Assembly (NCBI GenBank): GCA_963716935.1
Contig: CAVQUN010000006.1
Span: 163,241 to 227,240, forward strand
DNA: 64,000 nt
Reading direction: 5' to 3'
From: an uncultured Actinomycetes bacterium
Lineage (GTDB): Bacteria; Actinomycetota; UBA4738; HRBIN12
The notes under the pieces were generated by a model. It made no database searches. It saw only the letters and a program-made list of their open reading frames with translations, and was not told the origin of the DNA. Shown here piece after piece: positions 1 to 11,412 of the stretch. The position numbers were made by a program, and so were the translations under genes. Position 1 is the stretch's first letter. The number at the start of each line of letters is the position of its first letter.

Positions 1-573
1 GGCGCCCAGGTGATCGTCGCCGAGGTCGACCCGCTCCCGGCGCTCGAGGCCGCGATGGAGGGCTATCGCGTGATGCCGCTGCGCGATGCCGCGCGCATCG
101 GCGAGGTCTTCGTCACGGTGACGGGGGACAAGGGCGTCATTCGCCGCGAGCACCTCGAGCTCATGCGGGACGGCGCGGTCCTGGCGAACTCGGGTCACTT
201 CGACGTCGAGATCGACAAGGTGGCGCTCGCCGAGCTCGCCACCGGCGGCGTGCGCCGGATCCGGGACTTCGTCGACGAGTACACGTTCGCCGACGGCCGC
301 CGGGTGCACCTGCTCGGCGAGGGCCGCCTGGTGAACCTCGCCGTGGCCGAGGGCCATCCCGCCGCCGTCATGGATATGTCGTTCGCGAACCAGGCGCTCG
401 CCGTCGAGTGGATCGTCGCCAATCGCGGGGCGCTGGAGGTCGGGGTCTACCCGGTACCGCCCGAGATCGACGCCGAGGTGGCGCGCCTGAAGCTGCGGTC
501 GATGGGCATCGAGATCGACGCGCTCACCGAGGAGCAGGAGATCTACCTGCGGTCGTGGGAGCAGGGGACCTGA
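1..573 (+). CDS. ahcY: S-adenosyl-L-homocysteine hydrolase, C-terminal part (5' end outside window)
   Basis: Window opens in frame. Translation contains the conserved AhcY C-terminal motifs ([24 protein letters not shown]). Stop TGA at 571-573. Confidence 0.9.
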   Translation, partial: GAQVIVAEVDPLPALEAAMEGYRVMPLRDAARIGEVFVTVTGDKGVIRREHLELMRDGAVLANSGHFDVEIDKVALAELATGGVRRIRDFVDEYTFADGRRVHLLGEGRLVNLAVAEGHPAAVMDMSFANQALAVEWIVANRGALEVGVYPVPPEIDAEVARLKLRSMGIEIDALTEEQEIYLRSWEQGT

Positions 574-587
574 GGGCAGACGGGCCC

Positions 588-1268
588 ATGGAGCCGGCGG
601 CGGCGAGCGGCGGCACCCCCGGCGAGCGGGAGCCGATCTCCGTCCGGGCTCGGTTCGAGCGGTTTCCCGCGACGGTCAAGGGCGCCTTCATCCTGCGTGG
701 CGAGGACGCCGACCCGCATCAGGTGGTGTTCCACCGGGCCGTCGTGCTGGGCATCGGCCTCGGGTCGACCCACCCGATGCCGATGCCGCCGGCGACGCTC
801 GACGTCGCCCCGCACCGCGACGTCTTCGTCCCGTTCGAGATGGGGGTCGCCGAGCTCGACCCCGGCTGGTACACGATGACCTGCGACCTCGAGGTGGACG
901 GGTCGCTGCGCACGTACGACGGGGGGCGGCGGTTCGCGGTCGCGTGGCCGCGGGCCTCGGTGCGGCGCGGGGTGGTCAAGGTGAACCGCGCGGTCGCCGT
1001 GGGCGACACGAAGGTGCTCGTCGAGCAGCTCGACTGCGCGGGGGACTCGGTCAAGGTGCACCTGCGCGTCGATCCGCCGGGCCCGGTCTCGGCGCGGCTG
1101 TCGGCCGACGGGGGCCGGCTCGAGGTGCTCGAGACCGACGTGGACGAGACGACCGGGCGCGGCAAGGTGGTCGCCTACCCCGTGATGCGCGAGCACGGCG
1201 TGCTCCGGATCGAGCTCCACGGCAAGGCTCGCGGCGCGGAGGGCTCGCTCGAGGTTCGGCTGGGGTAG
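588..1268 (+). CDS. hypothetical protein (about 226 aa)
   Basis: ATG at 588, 14 nt after the ahcY stop. Non-repetitive composition unlike the overlapping antisense ORFs. No recognisable domain. Confidence 0.5.
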   Translation: MEPAAASGGTPGEREPISVRARFERFPATVKGAFILRGEDADPHQVVFHRAVVLGIGLGSTHPMPMPPATLDVAPHRDVFVPFEMGVAELDPGWYTMTCDLEVDGSLRTYDGGRRFAVAWPRASVRRGVVKVNRAVAVGDTKVLVEQLDCAGDSVKVHLRVDPPGPVSARLSADGGRLEVLETDVDETTGRGKVVAYPVMREHGVLRIELHGKARGAEGSLEVRLG

Positions 1269-1297
1269 CTGTCGGTGGCGCGCGGTACGGTCCGCGC

Positions 1298-2065
1298 GTG
1301 CTCGCGGCGCTGCTCGACGCGCTGTTCCCGAAGCGCTGCGCCGGATGCGGCGACGGCCCGTGGCCCTTCTGCGATCGCTGCCGGTCCCGGCTCGTCCCGC
1401 TCGAGCCGCCGCGCTGCGCACGCTGCGGCATCCCGTCGGCGCGCGAGGTCCCCGCATGCCGGCACTGCCCGCCCCCCTCGATCGCGGCCGCCCGCGCGGC
1501 GTTCCTGTTCGACGGTCCGGCCCGCGCCGCCGTCCACCGGCTGAAGTTCGCCGGCTGGCGCCCGGTCGCGACGGCGCTGGGCGAGGCGATGGTCGCCGTA
1601 TGGGACCGTCCGGTCGACGCCGTCACGTGGGTCCCCCTGTCGCGCCGCCGGCGCGCCGCCCGAGGGTTCGACCAGGCGCTCGTCCTCGCGCGCGTCGTCG
1701 CCGACCGCCTCGACCTGCCGCTGGTCGGCACGCTGCATCGCGTCGCGGACGCCGGGAGCCAGGCGCGGCGGGGCGGTGCCGAGCGACGGCGGGCGATGCT
1801 CGGCGCCTTCCGGGCGGAGTCGTCGCCGCCCACGAGCGTGGTGCTCGTCGACGACGTGCTCACCACCGGCGCGACGGCGGGGGCCTGCGCGGAGGCCCTT
1901 CGCGCGGCGGGCGCGCGCGAGGTCTTCGTGCTCACGGCGGCGCGGGCGGCGTCGGGGGCGATGGCCGACCTATACTCGGAATCGGGCTCGCGTCCGGGTC
2001 TGTGGTTGCCCGGGGAACGTCTCCCCGGTAGTCGAAGCCAGCCGCGGGCGAAGCGACCCACGTAA
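1298..2065 (+). CDS. ComF-family protein (phosphoribosyltransferase-like, ComFC)
   Basis: N-terminal double CxxC zinc ribbon (CAGCG...CDRC...CARCG...CRHC). C-terminal PRTase motif VVLVDDVLTTGAT. Likely GTG start at 1298. Lies immediately upstream of hpf as in mycobacterial Rv3242c-Rv3241c. Confidence 0.8.
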   Translation: MLAALLDALFPKRCAGCGDGPWPFCDRCRSRLVPLEPPRCARCGIPSAREVPACRHCPPPSIAAARAAFLFDGPARAAVHRLKFAGWRPVATALGEAMVAVWDRPVDAVTWVPLSRRRRAARGFDQALVLARVVADRLDLPLVGTLHRVADAGSQARRGGAERRRAMLGAFRAESSPPTSVVLVDDVLTTGATAGACAEALRAAGAREVFVLTAARAASGAMADLYSESGSRPGLWLPGERLPGSRSQPRAKRPT

Positions 2066-2255
2066 GCCGACCCTTGGTCGGTGAGCATGGCGCGGTTTAG
2101 ATGTAAGACCTGCCTCGGCGGGGTCGCGAGATCACGCCGGGAGAGGGTGCGAAGCCGTCCGATGGCCGGCGATCACCTCCGCAGGCGGGTGTGGGGTCAA
2201 AGACCAGGTCAGCCGGACGCGGGCCTCGAACTCTGAACCGTCGGGGGAGGACGGG

Positions 2256-2645
2256 ATGGAGCTGCACCTCACGGGCCGCGGGGAGCCCGTCACGGATCGC
2301 CTGCGCGAGGTGGCCGAGCACAAGCTCGCGCGCCTCGAGCGGATGGAGCCCAAGCTCACGCGGCTCGGGCTCGAGATCATTTCGGAGCGCAACCCGAGAC
2401 AAGGGGGGGTCCGCCGCGTCGAGGCTGTCGCGGACACCCCGCGGAAGACCTATCGTGCCCACGCCGACGCCCGGGAGGTCGAGGTCGCCCTCGACCTGGT
2501 CGCGGAGAAGCTGGAGCGCCAGATCCGCGACCATCACAAGAAGCGCCGGGCTCGGCTGCGGGCCCGGGTAAGTCGCGTAAGATCCGCCCAAGCCCCCCCG
2601 AGCGAGGGGGACGAGAGGTCCGGCCCAGGAGCGGGGCAGACGTGA
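2256..2645 (+). CDS. hpf: ribosome hibernation promoting factor (HPF/RaiA family)
   Basis: MELHLTGRG...ITD.LREV.EHKL.KLER is the canonical HPF N-terminus. GGGGGAGG SD 7 nt upstream of the ATG. Confidence 0.85.
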   Translation: MELHLTGRGEPVTDRLREVAEHKLARLERMEPKLTRLGLEIISERNPRQGGVRRVEAVADTPRKTYRAHADAREVEVALDLVAEKLERQIRDHHKKRRARLRARVSRVRSAQAPPSEGDERSGPGAGQT

Positions 2646-3328
2646 CCGAGGCGAACGAGCAGACCACCGAGCGGCTTCGTGTCCTGGTGTGCGACGACCA
2701 CGCGCTGTTCCGGCGCGGCCTGCAGATGGTGCTCGAGCAGGAGGACGATCTCGAGCTGGTCGGCGAGGCGTCCGACGGCGTCGAGGTCGTCGAGCGCGCC
2801 CAGGAGCTCATGCCGGACGTGATCCTGATGGACGTCCGGATGCCGAAGAAGTCGGGCATCCAGGCCGCGAGCGAGATCAAGGACACGCTCCCGCACGTGA
2901 AGATCCTCATGCTCACGATCTCCGACGAGGAGGCCGACCTCTACGAGGCGATCAAGGCGGGCGCCTCGGGGTACCTGCTGAAGGAGATCCCGATCGAGGA
3001 GGTTGCCGACGCTATCCGCTCCGTCTGGGCGGGGCAGTCGCGCATCTCGCCCTCGATGGCGAGCAAGCTCTTGACGGAGTTCGCGGCGATCAGCAAGGCG
3101 TCCGACGAGAAGCCCCAGATGCCGGCGCCCAAGCTCACGGATCGCGAGATGGAGGTGCTCGGCCTCGTGGCGCAGGGGCTCAACAATCGCGACATCGCGC
3201 GGCAGCTGTTCATCTCCGAGAACACGGTGAAGAACCACATCCGCAACATCCTGGAGAAGCTCCACCTGCACTCGCGCATGGAGGCCGTCGTCTACGCCGT
3301 GCGCGAGAAGATGATCGAGATCAGCTGA
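2642..3328 (+). CDS. two-component response regulator, NarL/LuxR family
   Basis: REC domain (VLVCDDHALFRRGL..., phospho-acceptor D in LMDVRMP, K in PHVKILMLT) plus C-terminal LuxR HTH (LTDREMEVLGLVAQGLNNRDIARQLFISENTVKNHIRNILEKL). GTG start overlaps the hpf stop (GTGA). Confidence 0.85.
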   Translation: MTEANEQTTERLRVLVCDDHALFRRGLQMVLEQEDDLELVGEASDGVEVVERAQELMPDVILMDVRMPKKSGIQAASEIKDTLPHVKILMLTISDEEADLYEAIKAGASGYLLKEIPIEEVADAIRSVWAGQSRISPSMASKLLTEFAAISKASDEKPQMPAPKLTDREMEVLGLVAQGLNNRDIARQLFISENTVKNHIRNILEKLHLHSRMEAVVYAVREKMIEIS

Positions 3329-3796
3329 GTGTCCGATCCGACACTCGGCGCCGCCCTGGAGATCCTCGAGGCGTCGCTGTCGGATCTCCGCGGAGCCGTC
3401 GAGGGGATGCCCGTCGACGCGTTGAACCGGCGACCCGCCGGTGAGGACACCAACACCATCGCGGTGCTCGTGACGCATGCGATGCACAGCACGCGGGCGT
3501 GGCTCAGCCTCGCGGTCGGCGTCGAGCCGCCCGCCCGGGACCGGCCGGCCGAGTTCGTCACCGTGGCGACGGGGGATCGCCAGCTGCTGTCCCAGCTGGA
3601 TTCGATGGCGGACGATTGCCGCGGGCTCCTGTCCGGCGCGACGTTCGAGCCCGCGCGGACCGGACTCGCCCCGTGGCTCTCGGGCCCAGAGGCCGAGGAG
3701 CCCGTCACCGCGGCCTGGGCGCTGATCCATGCCCTCACCCACCTGCGCGAGCACGTCGCGCACGCGCTCCTCACGAGACAGCTCCTCGAGGCCTGA
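3329..3796 (+). CDS. DinB/YfiT-like (DinB_2) family protein
   Basis: GTG start directly after the regulator stop. Conserved His residues (VTHAMHSTRAWL...HALTHLREH) typical of the DinB_2 four-helix metal-binding fold. Confidence 0.65.
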   Translation: MSDPTLGAALEILEASLSDLRGAVEGMPVDALNRRPAGEDTNTIAVLVTHAMHSTRAWLSLAVGVEPPARDRPAEFVTVATGDRQLLSQLDSMADDCRGLLSGATFEPARTGLAPWLSGPEAEEPVTAAWALIHALTHLREHVAHALLTRQLLEA

Positions 3797-3912
3797 GGGG
3801 AACGGATCGGAGGAGGCCGGTCCGAGGCCGAACCCGAGCCTTCCGAGACTTCGAGGGGGCTTCGGTACGATAGGAGGCCGAACCCCCGGACCCTCCCCCG
3901 AAGGAACGCCCG

Positions 3913-6588
<2,676 letters not shown>

Positions 6589-6675
6589 CGCCCCTCCTCA
6601 CCCCACCCCGGACACGCCGACGCGACGGCGGGGGAGCCGTCGCGTCGGTCTTGTGGGAGGTGGTGCTTTGTTGCC

Positions 6676-7078
6676 TCAGGGAAGCGGGTGGAATCCGATC
6701 GGCCCAACCGGGCGCTTGGGAGTACCGTTCGGGTCGTCGCCCGTCGCTGCGTTCAGCTGGGCGTGGACGGTCTCGACGATGCCCGGTGCGGTCGCGGTCG
6801 CCGCCGAAGCTCCCACTCGGGGTGTCACTCCCCGGCGTCCGATCTGACCGTTCGGCTGCGAGACGCCGCCGATGACCCCGCCGCTCAGCTCGGACGGCGT
6901 GTTCGCGGCGGTCCCGCTCACGATCGCGGTGGTGTCGACCGTCGAGGCCTTCCGGTCGGTGCCGCGGTCGGCCGTCGTCAGGTAAACGGCGAGTGCGGTC
7001 ACCGCGAGGAGCGCGGCCACGATCGGCCACATCTTGAAGCGCTTCTTCTGCTCGAGGGTCCCGATCCGAGTGCTCATC
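6676..7078 (-). CDS. small membrane-anchored hypothetical protein (134 aa)
   Basis: ATG at 7078 preceded by GGAGGCGGGGAG. One N-terminal TM helix (MWPIVAALLAVTALAVYL) followed by a Thr/Ala/Gly-rich extracytoplasmic tail. Convergent with secA. Confidence 0.5.
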
Positions 7079-7264
7079 TCCCCGCCTCCCTTTCCCTCCG
7101 GCCGCTCGTCCCGGCGGCACAGGGCGACGCTACGGCCGAGGGCCATGCCGGTTCCGTGCCCCGCACACACGCTTTCGGGGTGACCTCGATCACTCCCTGC
7201 GGGGCGGGCTAGGCTCCTGCGGTGGGAGGTGTCGGCGACGGGCGGCGGACGAGGCGGCGACGAG

Positions 7265-9262
7265 ATGCGACCGATCACGGCGCTGTTCGCCGACATCGTC
7301 GGCTCGACGGGCCTGGGTGAGCGGCTCGGCCCCGACGAGATCAAGGCCCTGGTCGGCGAGTTCGTCACACGCATGAGCCGTGCCGTCGAGGAGTTCGGCG
7401 GGATGGTGCAGGCGTACATGGGCGACGGCATCTGCGCCTACTTCGGCGTCCCAGCGGCCCACGAGGACGATCCGGAGCGCGCCGCCCGCGCCGGACTTCG
7501 GATCCTCGGGATCGCCGGCGAGTACGCGACGGAGGTCGAGGCCGCCTGGGGGATCGCTGGGTTCGGCGTTCGCGTCGGCCTGAACAGCGGACCCGCCGCC
7601 GTGGGCCTCGTCGGCGGCGAGGACGCGCAGACGGTCGCCCTGGGTGACACCACGAACGTGGCGGCGCGCCTGCAGTCGGCGGCCGAGCCCGGCACGATCG
7701 TGGTCGGGCCCGAGACGGCGGCCCGCCTGTCCGAGCTCTTCGTCCTCGAGCCGCTCGGCGACGTGGCGGTGAAGGGGCGGCGGGAGGGGATCGCCGCGGC
7801 GAGGCTCGTGGGGCCACGACCGGTCGGCAGGCCGCGGCAGACCGCACCGCTGGTCGGACGCGAGCGGGAGCGCGCCGTTCTCGACGCGTCGGTGGCGGAT
7901 CTTCGGTCCGGCCGCGGCCAGATCCTGGTGATCGTCGGGGAGGCCGGGCTCGGCAAGACCCGGATGCTCGAGGAGCTCCGGACCGCCGCCGGCGACGAGG
8001 CGGCGTGGCTGGAGGGCCGGTGTGCCTCGTACGGGGCCGAGGCGCCGTACGGCCCATTCGTCGACGTCCTGCGGGAGTGGATCGGCGCCGAGGAGGGCGA
8101 CGCCGAGCTGGCCGTCCGCACCAAGCTCCGGGCTCGGGTGGGGGCCCTTCTCGGCGACGGCGCGAGCGACGTCCTGCCGTACCTGGGGCTGCTCCTGGCG
8201 GTCCGGCTCGATCCCGATCGCGAGCATGATCTCCTCTCGCTCTCCGCCGACGAGCTCGCCGAACGCCAGCGCCACGCCTTCCTCGCCTGGGCGGGGGCAC
8301 TCGCCGCGACGCGGCCGCTCGTGCTCGCGATCGACGACCTTCAGTGGGCCAACCGCACGACGGGCGAGCTCGCCGAGCGGTTGCTGACGCTGACGGATCG
8401 CTCCGCGATCCTTCTGGCCCTCACGACGCGCCCCGACCCGCGCTCGCAGGGATGGGCGCTTCGCGTCGCCGCGCTCGGCGACTACGCCCACCGGGCGCAG
8501 GACCTCGTGCTCGCACCGCTCACGGCGGAGGCGACGCGCGAGCTCGTCGACGTGCTCGCGCCGTTCGGGTTGCTGCCCAGCGCCATCCGCGGCGAGATCG
8601 TCGCCCGGGCCGAGGGCAATCCGCTCTACGCTGAGGAGCTGGTTCGGGTCCTGCTCGAGTCCGGCGGTGACCGGCGCAGGACGTGGAGCCTCGCGCCGTC
8701 GGCGGCGGCCGACCTGCCTCCCGCGCTCGAGGCGCTCCTGGTGGCCCGGATCGACCGGCTCGATCCGGGACCCCGCCGGCTGGCGCAGGTCGCCGCGGTC
8801 GTCGGCCGCGAGTTCCCCGCCTCGGTCGCGATCTCGGTCGCGGGCGGCGAGGACGCCGACGTTGCGGCGCTGCTTCGCGCCGGCGTCATCCAGGAGATCC
8901 GGCGCTTCCCGGAGCTCGAGTGCACGTTCCGCCACGGGCTGCTGCAGGAGGCCGCCCTCGCCACCCTGACGTCCGACAGCCTGCACGAGCTCTACGGGCT
9001 GGTGGGCGAGGCCATGGAGCGCCGACTCGGCGAGCAGGTCGACGATCAGCTGGAGCAGCTCGCGTTCTACTTCTACCGGAGCAACGATCAAGGAAAGGCC
9101 CTCGACTACCTCGTGCGCGCCGCCGATCGGGCGAAGGAGCTCGAGGCCGACGAGCGGGCTCGCGAGCTCCTGTTGCGCGCCGGGAAGCTCGCGGATCGAC
9201 TCGGGGACGCGGAGGCGGCCGACGGCATCCGGTCCGCGCTCTCGGCGCTCGATGGCGCGTAG
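7265..9262 (+). CDS. class III adenylate/guanylate cyclase fused to AAA+ (STAND-like) ATPase and helical repeats
   Basis: Cyclase motifs FADIVGSTGL...MGDGICAYFG...GLNSGPAAVG. P-loop GEAGLGKT. C-terminal helical/TPR-like region. Alternative upstream start at 7229. Confidence 0.8.
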   Translation: MRPITALFADIVGSTGLGERLGPDEIKALVGEFVTRMSRAVEEFGGMVQAYMGDGICAYFGVPAAHEDDPERAARAGLRILGIAGEYATEVEAAWGIAGFGVRVGLNSGPAAVGLVGGEDAQTVALGDTTNVAARLQSAAEPGTIVVGPETAARLSELFVLEPLGDVAVKGRREGIAAARLVGPRPVGRPRQTAPLVGRERERAVLDASVADLRSGRGQILVIVGEAGLGKTRMLEELRTAAGDEAAWLEGRCASYGAEAPYGPFVDVLREWIGAEEGDAELAVRTKLRARVGALLGDGASDVLPYLGLLLAVRLDPDREHDLLSLSADELAERQRHAFLAWAGALAATRPLVLAIDDLQWANRTTGELAERLLTLTDRSAILLALTTRPDPRSQGWALRVAALGDYAHRAQDLVLAPLTAEATRELVDVLAPFGLLPSAIRGEIVARAEGNPLYAEELVRVLLESGGDRRRTWSLAPSAAADLPPALEALLVARIDRLDPGPRRLAQVAAVVGREFPASVAISVAGGEDADVAALLRAGVIQEIRRFPELECTFRHGLLQEAALATLTSDSLHELYGLVGEAMERRLGEQVDDQLEQLAFYFYRSNDQGKALDYLVRAADRAKELEADERARELLLRAGKLADRLGDAEAADGIRSALSALDGA

Positions 9263-9383
9263 GCGGAGGGGGCGCTGGAGCCAAGCCCGGGTCGCAATAC
9301 ACGAACGATTCGCGGGACGCGCCGTTGACGACGCATGAATGCAGGTGTATTCCCTCGAAACGGCGATTACCTGGAGGAGATCC

Positions 9384-11357
9384 GTGCGGGCGTGGCAACA
9401 ACTCTCGGCGGCCCTCGCGCTCGTCATCATTGCCGCCGCCTGCACGGGTGGAGGCAGCCCCGAACCGTCCGCGTCGCCCACCCCATCGTTCGCCCGCGGG
9501 GGAACCCTCCGGGCCGTGTTCGTGAACCCTCAATGGTATTACCCCGGTACCTTCGATCCGCAGAGGGCCTACAAGTACGACTCGTGGGAGGTTCTCCGCT
9601 GTTGCCTGCTCCGGACCCTGCTCTCGTACAACGGGCGTTCCACGGACGAGGGTGGGGCGGAGATCCGTCCCGACCTCGCCATCGCGATGCCGGAGGTCTC
9701 CGCCGACGGACTCACCTGGACGTTCCGCCTGAGGTCGGGTCTCCACTACGGGCCGCCGTTCGAAGACACCGAGATCGTGGCCGGCGACGTGGTCCGGGCG
9801 CTCGAGCGCGAGGCGAGCCCCGATGTCAAAGCGGGGTACGCCAACTATTACGACATCATCCAGGGGTTCGCCGGTTACTCCTCGGGCGACGTCGGTTCGA
9901 TCTCGGGACTGGAGACGCCCGACGACCACACGTTGGTGGTCCGCTTGACGGAGCCGGCCGGAGACCTTGGCTATCGCTTGGCGCTCCCGGCGGCCGCCCC
10001 CATCCCGCCCGGGGCCGCCGACGGGCACCCGGACTACGGGCGTTTCCTCGTGGCCTCTGGACCGTACATGTTTGAGGGATCGCAGAACCTCGACTTCTCC
10101 GCACCGCCCGCCGACCAGTCTCCGGTCTCCGGCTTCGTCCCGATCCAATTCACGCCAAGTTCATCGACGCAGACCCCTGGTTCGATCACGCTGGTGCGCA
10201 ACCCATCATGGGATGGCTCAACCGATCCGCTCCGAGCCGCCTACGTCGATCGCATCAAGATCTCGCTCGGGGGCTTCGACATCGAACAATGGACCGACTT
10301 CTCACACCCTCCTCATTACACCGCGAACCTGGAGATGCTGTTCGACCAGGTAGTGCGCGGCCAGCTCGACGTGGTGCTCGATGCCAGCCCTACCGTCGAT
10401 CAGTTGCGGAAGTTCCGATCCGATCCTCACCTTGCTGGTCTCCTGTACGAGGACCAGATCTCCTACGTCGAGACGATCTTCATGAACCTTGCCGTTCCGC
10501 CCCTTGACGACACCCACGTGAGGAAGGCCATCAATCTTGTGCTCGACAGGGAGGACCTCCAGCGCCGATGGCTCGCCGCCGTGTCGGGCCAGGCAATCTC
10601 GGAGGCCACGGGGGGCGGTGTGATCGCGACCCACATCGCCCCCGATGCCCTGGAAGGCGGCCTCCTGCTCGGCTACCGGCCGAGTTGGATGGATTCATCG
10701 ACCGGTGGTGACCTCGCGGCGGCGCAGGCGGAGATGCGGCAGTCCGCGTACGACCACGACGGAGACGGGCTCTGCGACGCGCCCCCCTGCAAGCACGTCG
10801 AATTGGCCCTCACCAGCGCCTGGCCCCGCCCCTTCGACACCCTCGTGCAGCAGGATCTCGCCAAGATCGGGGTGCGGGTCCGTGTGAAGAGGTATGGTGC
10901 GCCGAGTCCGTTCTACGACCCGGATGGGCCCATGAGCCCCGCAGCGCGGTCGGCGATGACCGCGAACGGCTGGCTCAACGACTATCCCAACGGCGCCGCG
11001 TACTTCCCTTATCTGTTCTCCGGTCTGACCACCGACCCGGGCTTCTTCAACTTCTCGCTGCTCGGTGTCACCCCGGGCGAGCTTCGTGGTTGGGGGTACT
11101 CCGTGTTGCACGTGACGAGCGTCGATGACCGCATCCACCAGTGCGTTGTTGCGACCGGCCAGATGCAGGAAGCGTGCTGGGCGCGGCTCGACCAATACCT
11201 CATGGAGGAGGTCGTCCCGTGGGCCCCATTCTTGTTCCAGACCGCGGTCAGGCTCGTCTCGGCCCGGGTTGCGCACTACTCGATGGACCAGTTCACGGGG
11301 CTACCGGCGCTCGACCAGATCGCGCTCACGCCCGCGGCGATCGAAGGGTCCGAATAG
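9384..11357 (+). CDS. ABC transporter substrate-binding lipoprotein, family 5 (peptide/nickel type)
   Basis: GTG at 9384 preceded by GGAGGAG. Signal peptide with lipobox LVIIAAACTGG. Size (about 657 aa) and composition fit SBP_bac_5. Confidence 0.8.
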   Translation: MRAWQQLSAALALVIIAAACTGGGSPEPSASPTPSFARGGTLRAVFVNPQWYYPGTFDPQRAYKYDSWEVLRCCLLRTLLSYNGRSTDEGGAEIRPDLAIAMPEVSADGLTWTFRLRSGLHYGPPFEDTEIVAGDVVRALEREASPDVKAGYANYYDIIQGFAGYSSGDVGSISGLETPDDHTLVVRLTEPAGDLGYRLALPAAAPIPPGAADGHPDYGRFLVASGPYMFEGSQNLDFSAPPADQSPVSGFVPIQFTPSSSTQTPGSITLVRNPSWDGSTDPLRAAYVDRIKISLGGFDIEQWTDFSHPPHYTANLEMLFDQVVRGQLDVVLDASPTVDQLRKFRSDPHLAGLLYEDQISYVETIFMNLAVPPLDDTHVRKAINLVLDREDLQRRWLAAVSGQAISEATGGGVIATHIAPDALEGGLLLGYRPSWMDSSTGGDLAAAQAEMRQSAYDHDGDGLCDAPPCKHVELALTSAWPRPFDTLVQQDLAKIGVRVRVKRYGAPSPFYDPDGPMSPAARSAMTANGWLNDYPNGAAYFPYLFSGLTTDPGFFNFSLLGVTPGELRGWGYSVLHVTSVDDRIHQCVVATGQMQEACWARLDQYLMEEVVPWAPFLFQTAVRLVSARVAHYSMDQFTGLPALDQIALTPAAIEGSE

Positions 11358-11412
11358 GCGGACCGCCACGCGGCTATCCGGTGCCCCTGCCAGGTGCTAC
11401 AACCTCGGTGGC

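Noticed and set aside
7190-9481. 763-aa minus-strand ORF and numerous other long ORFs antisense to 7265..9262
   Set aside because: Antisense to a gene with clear cyclase and P-loop motifs. Compositionally biased.
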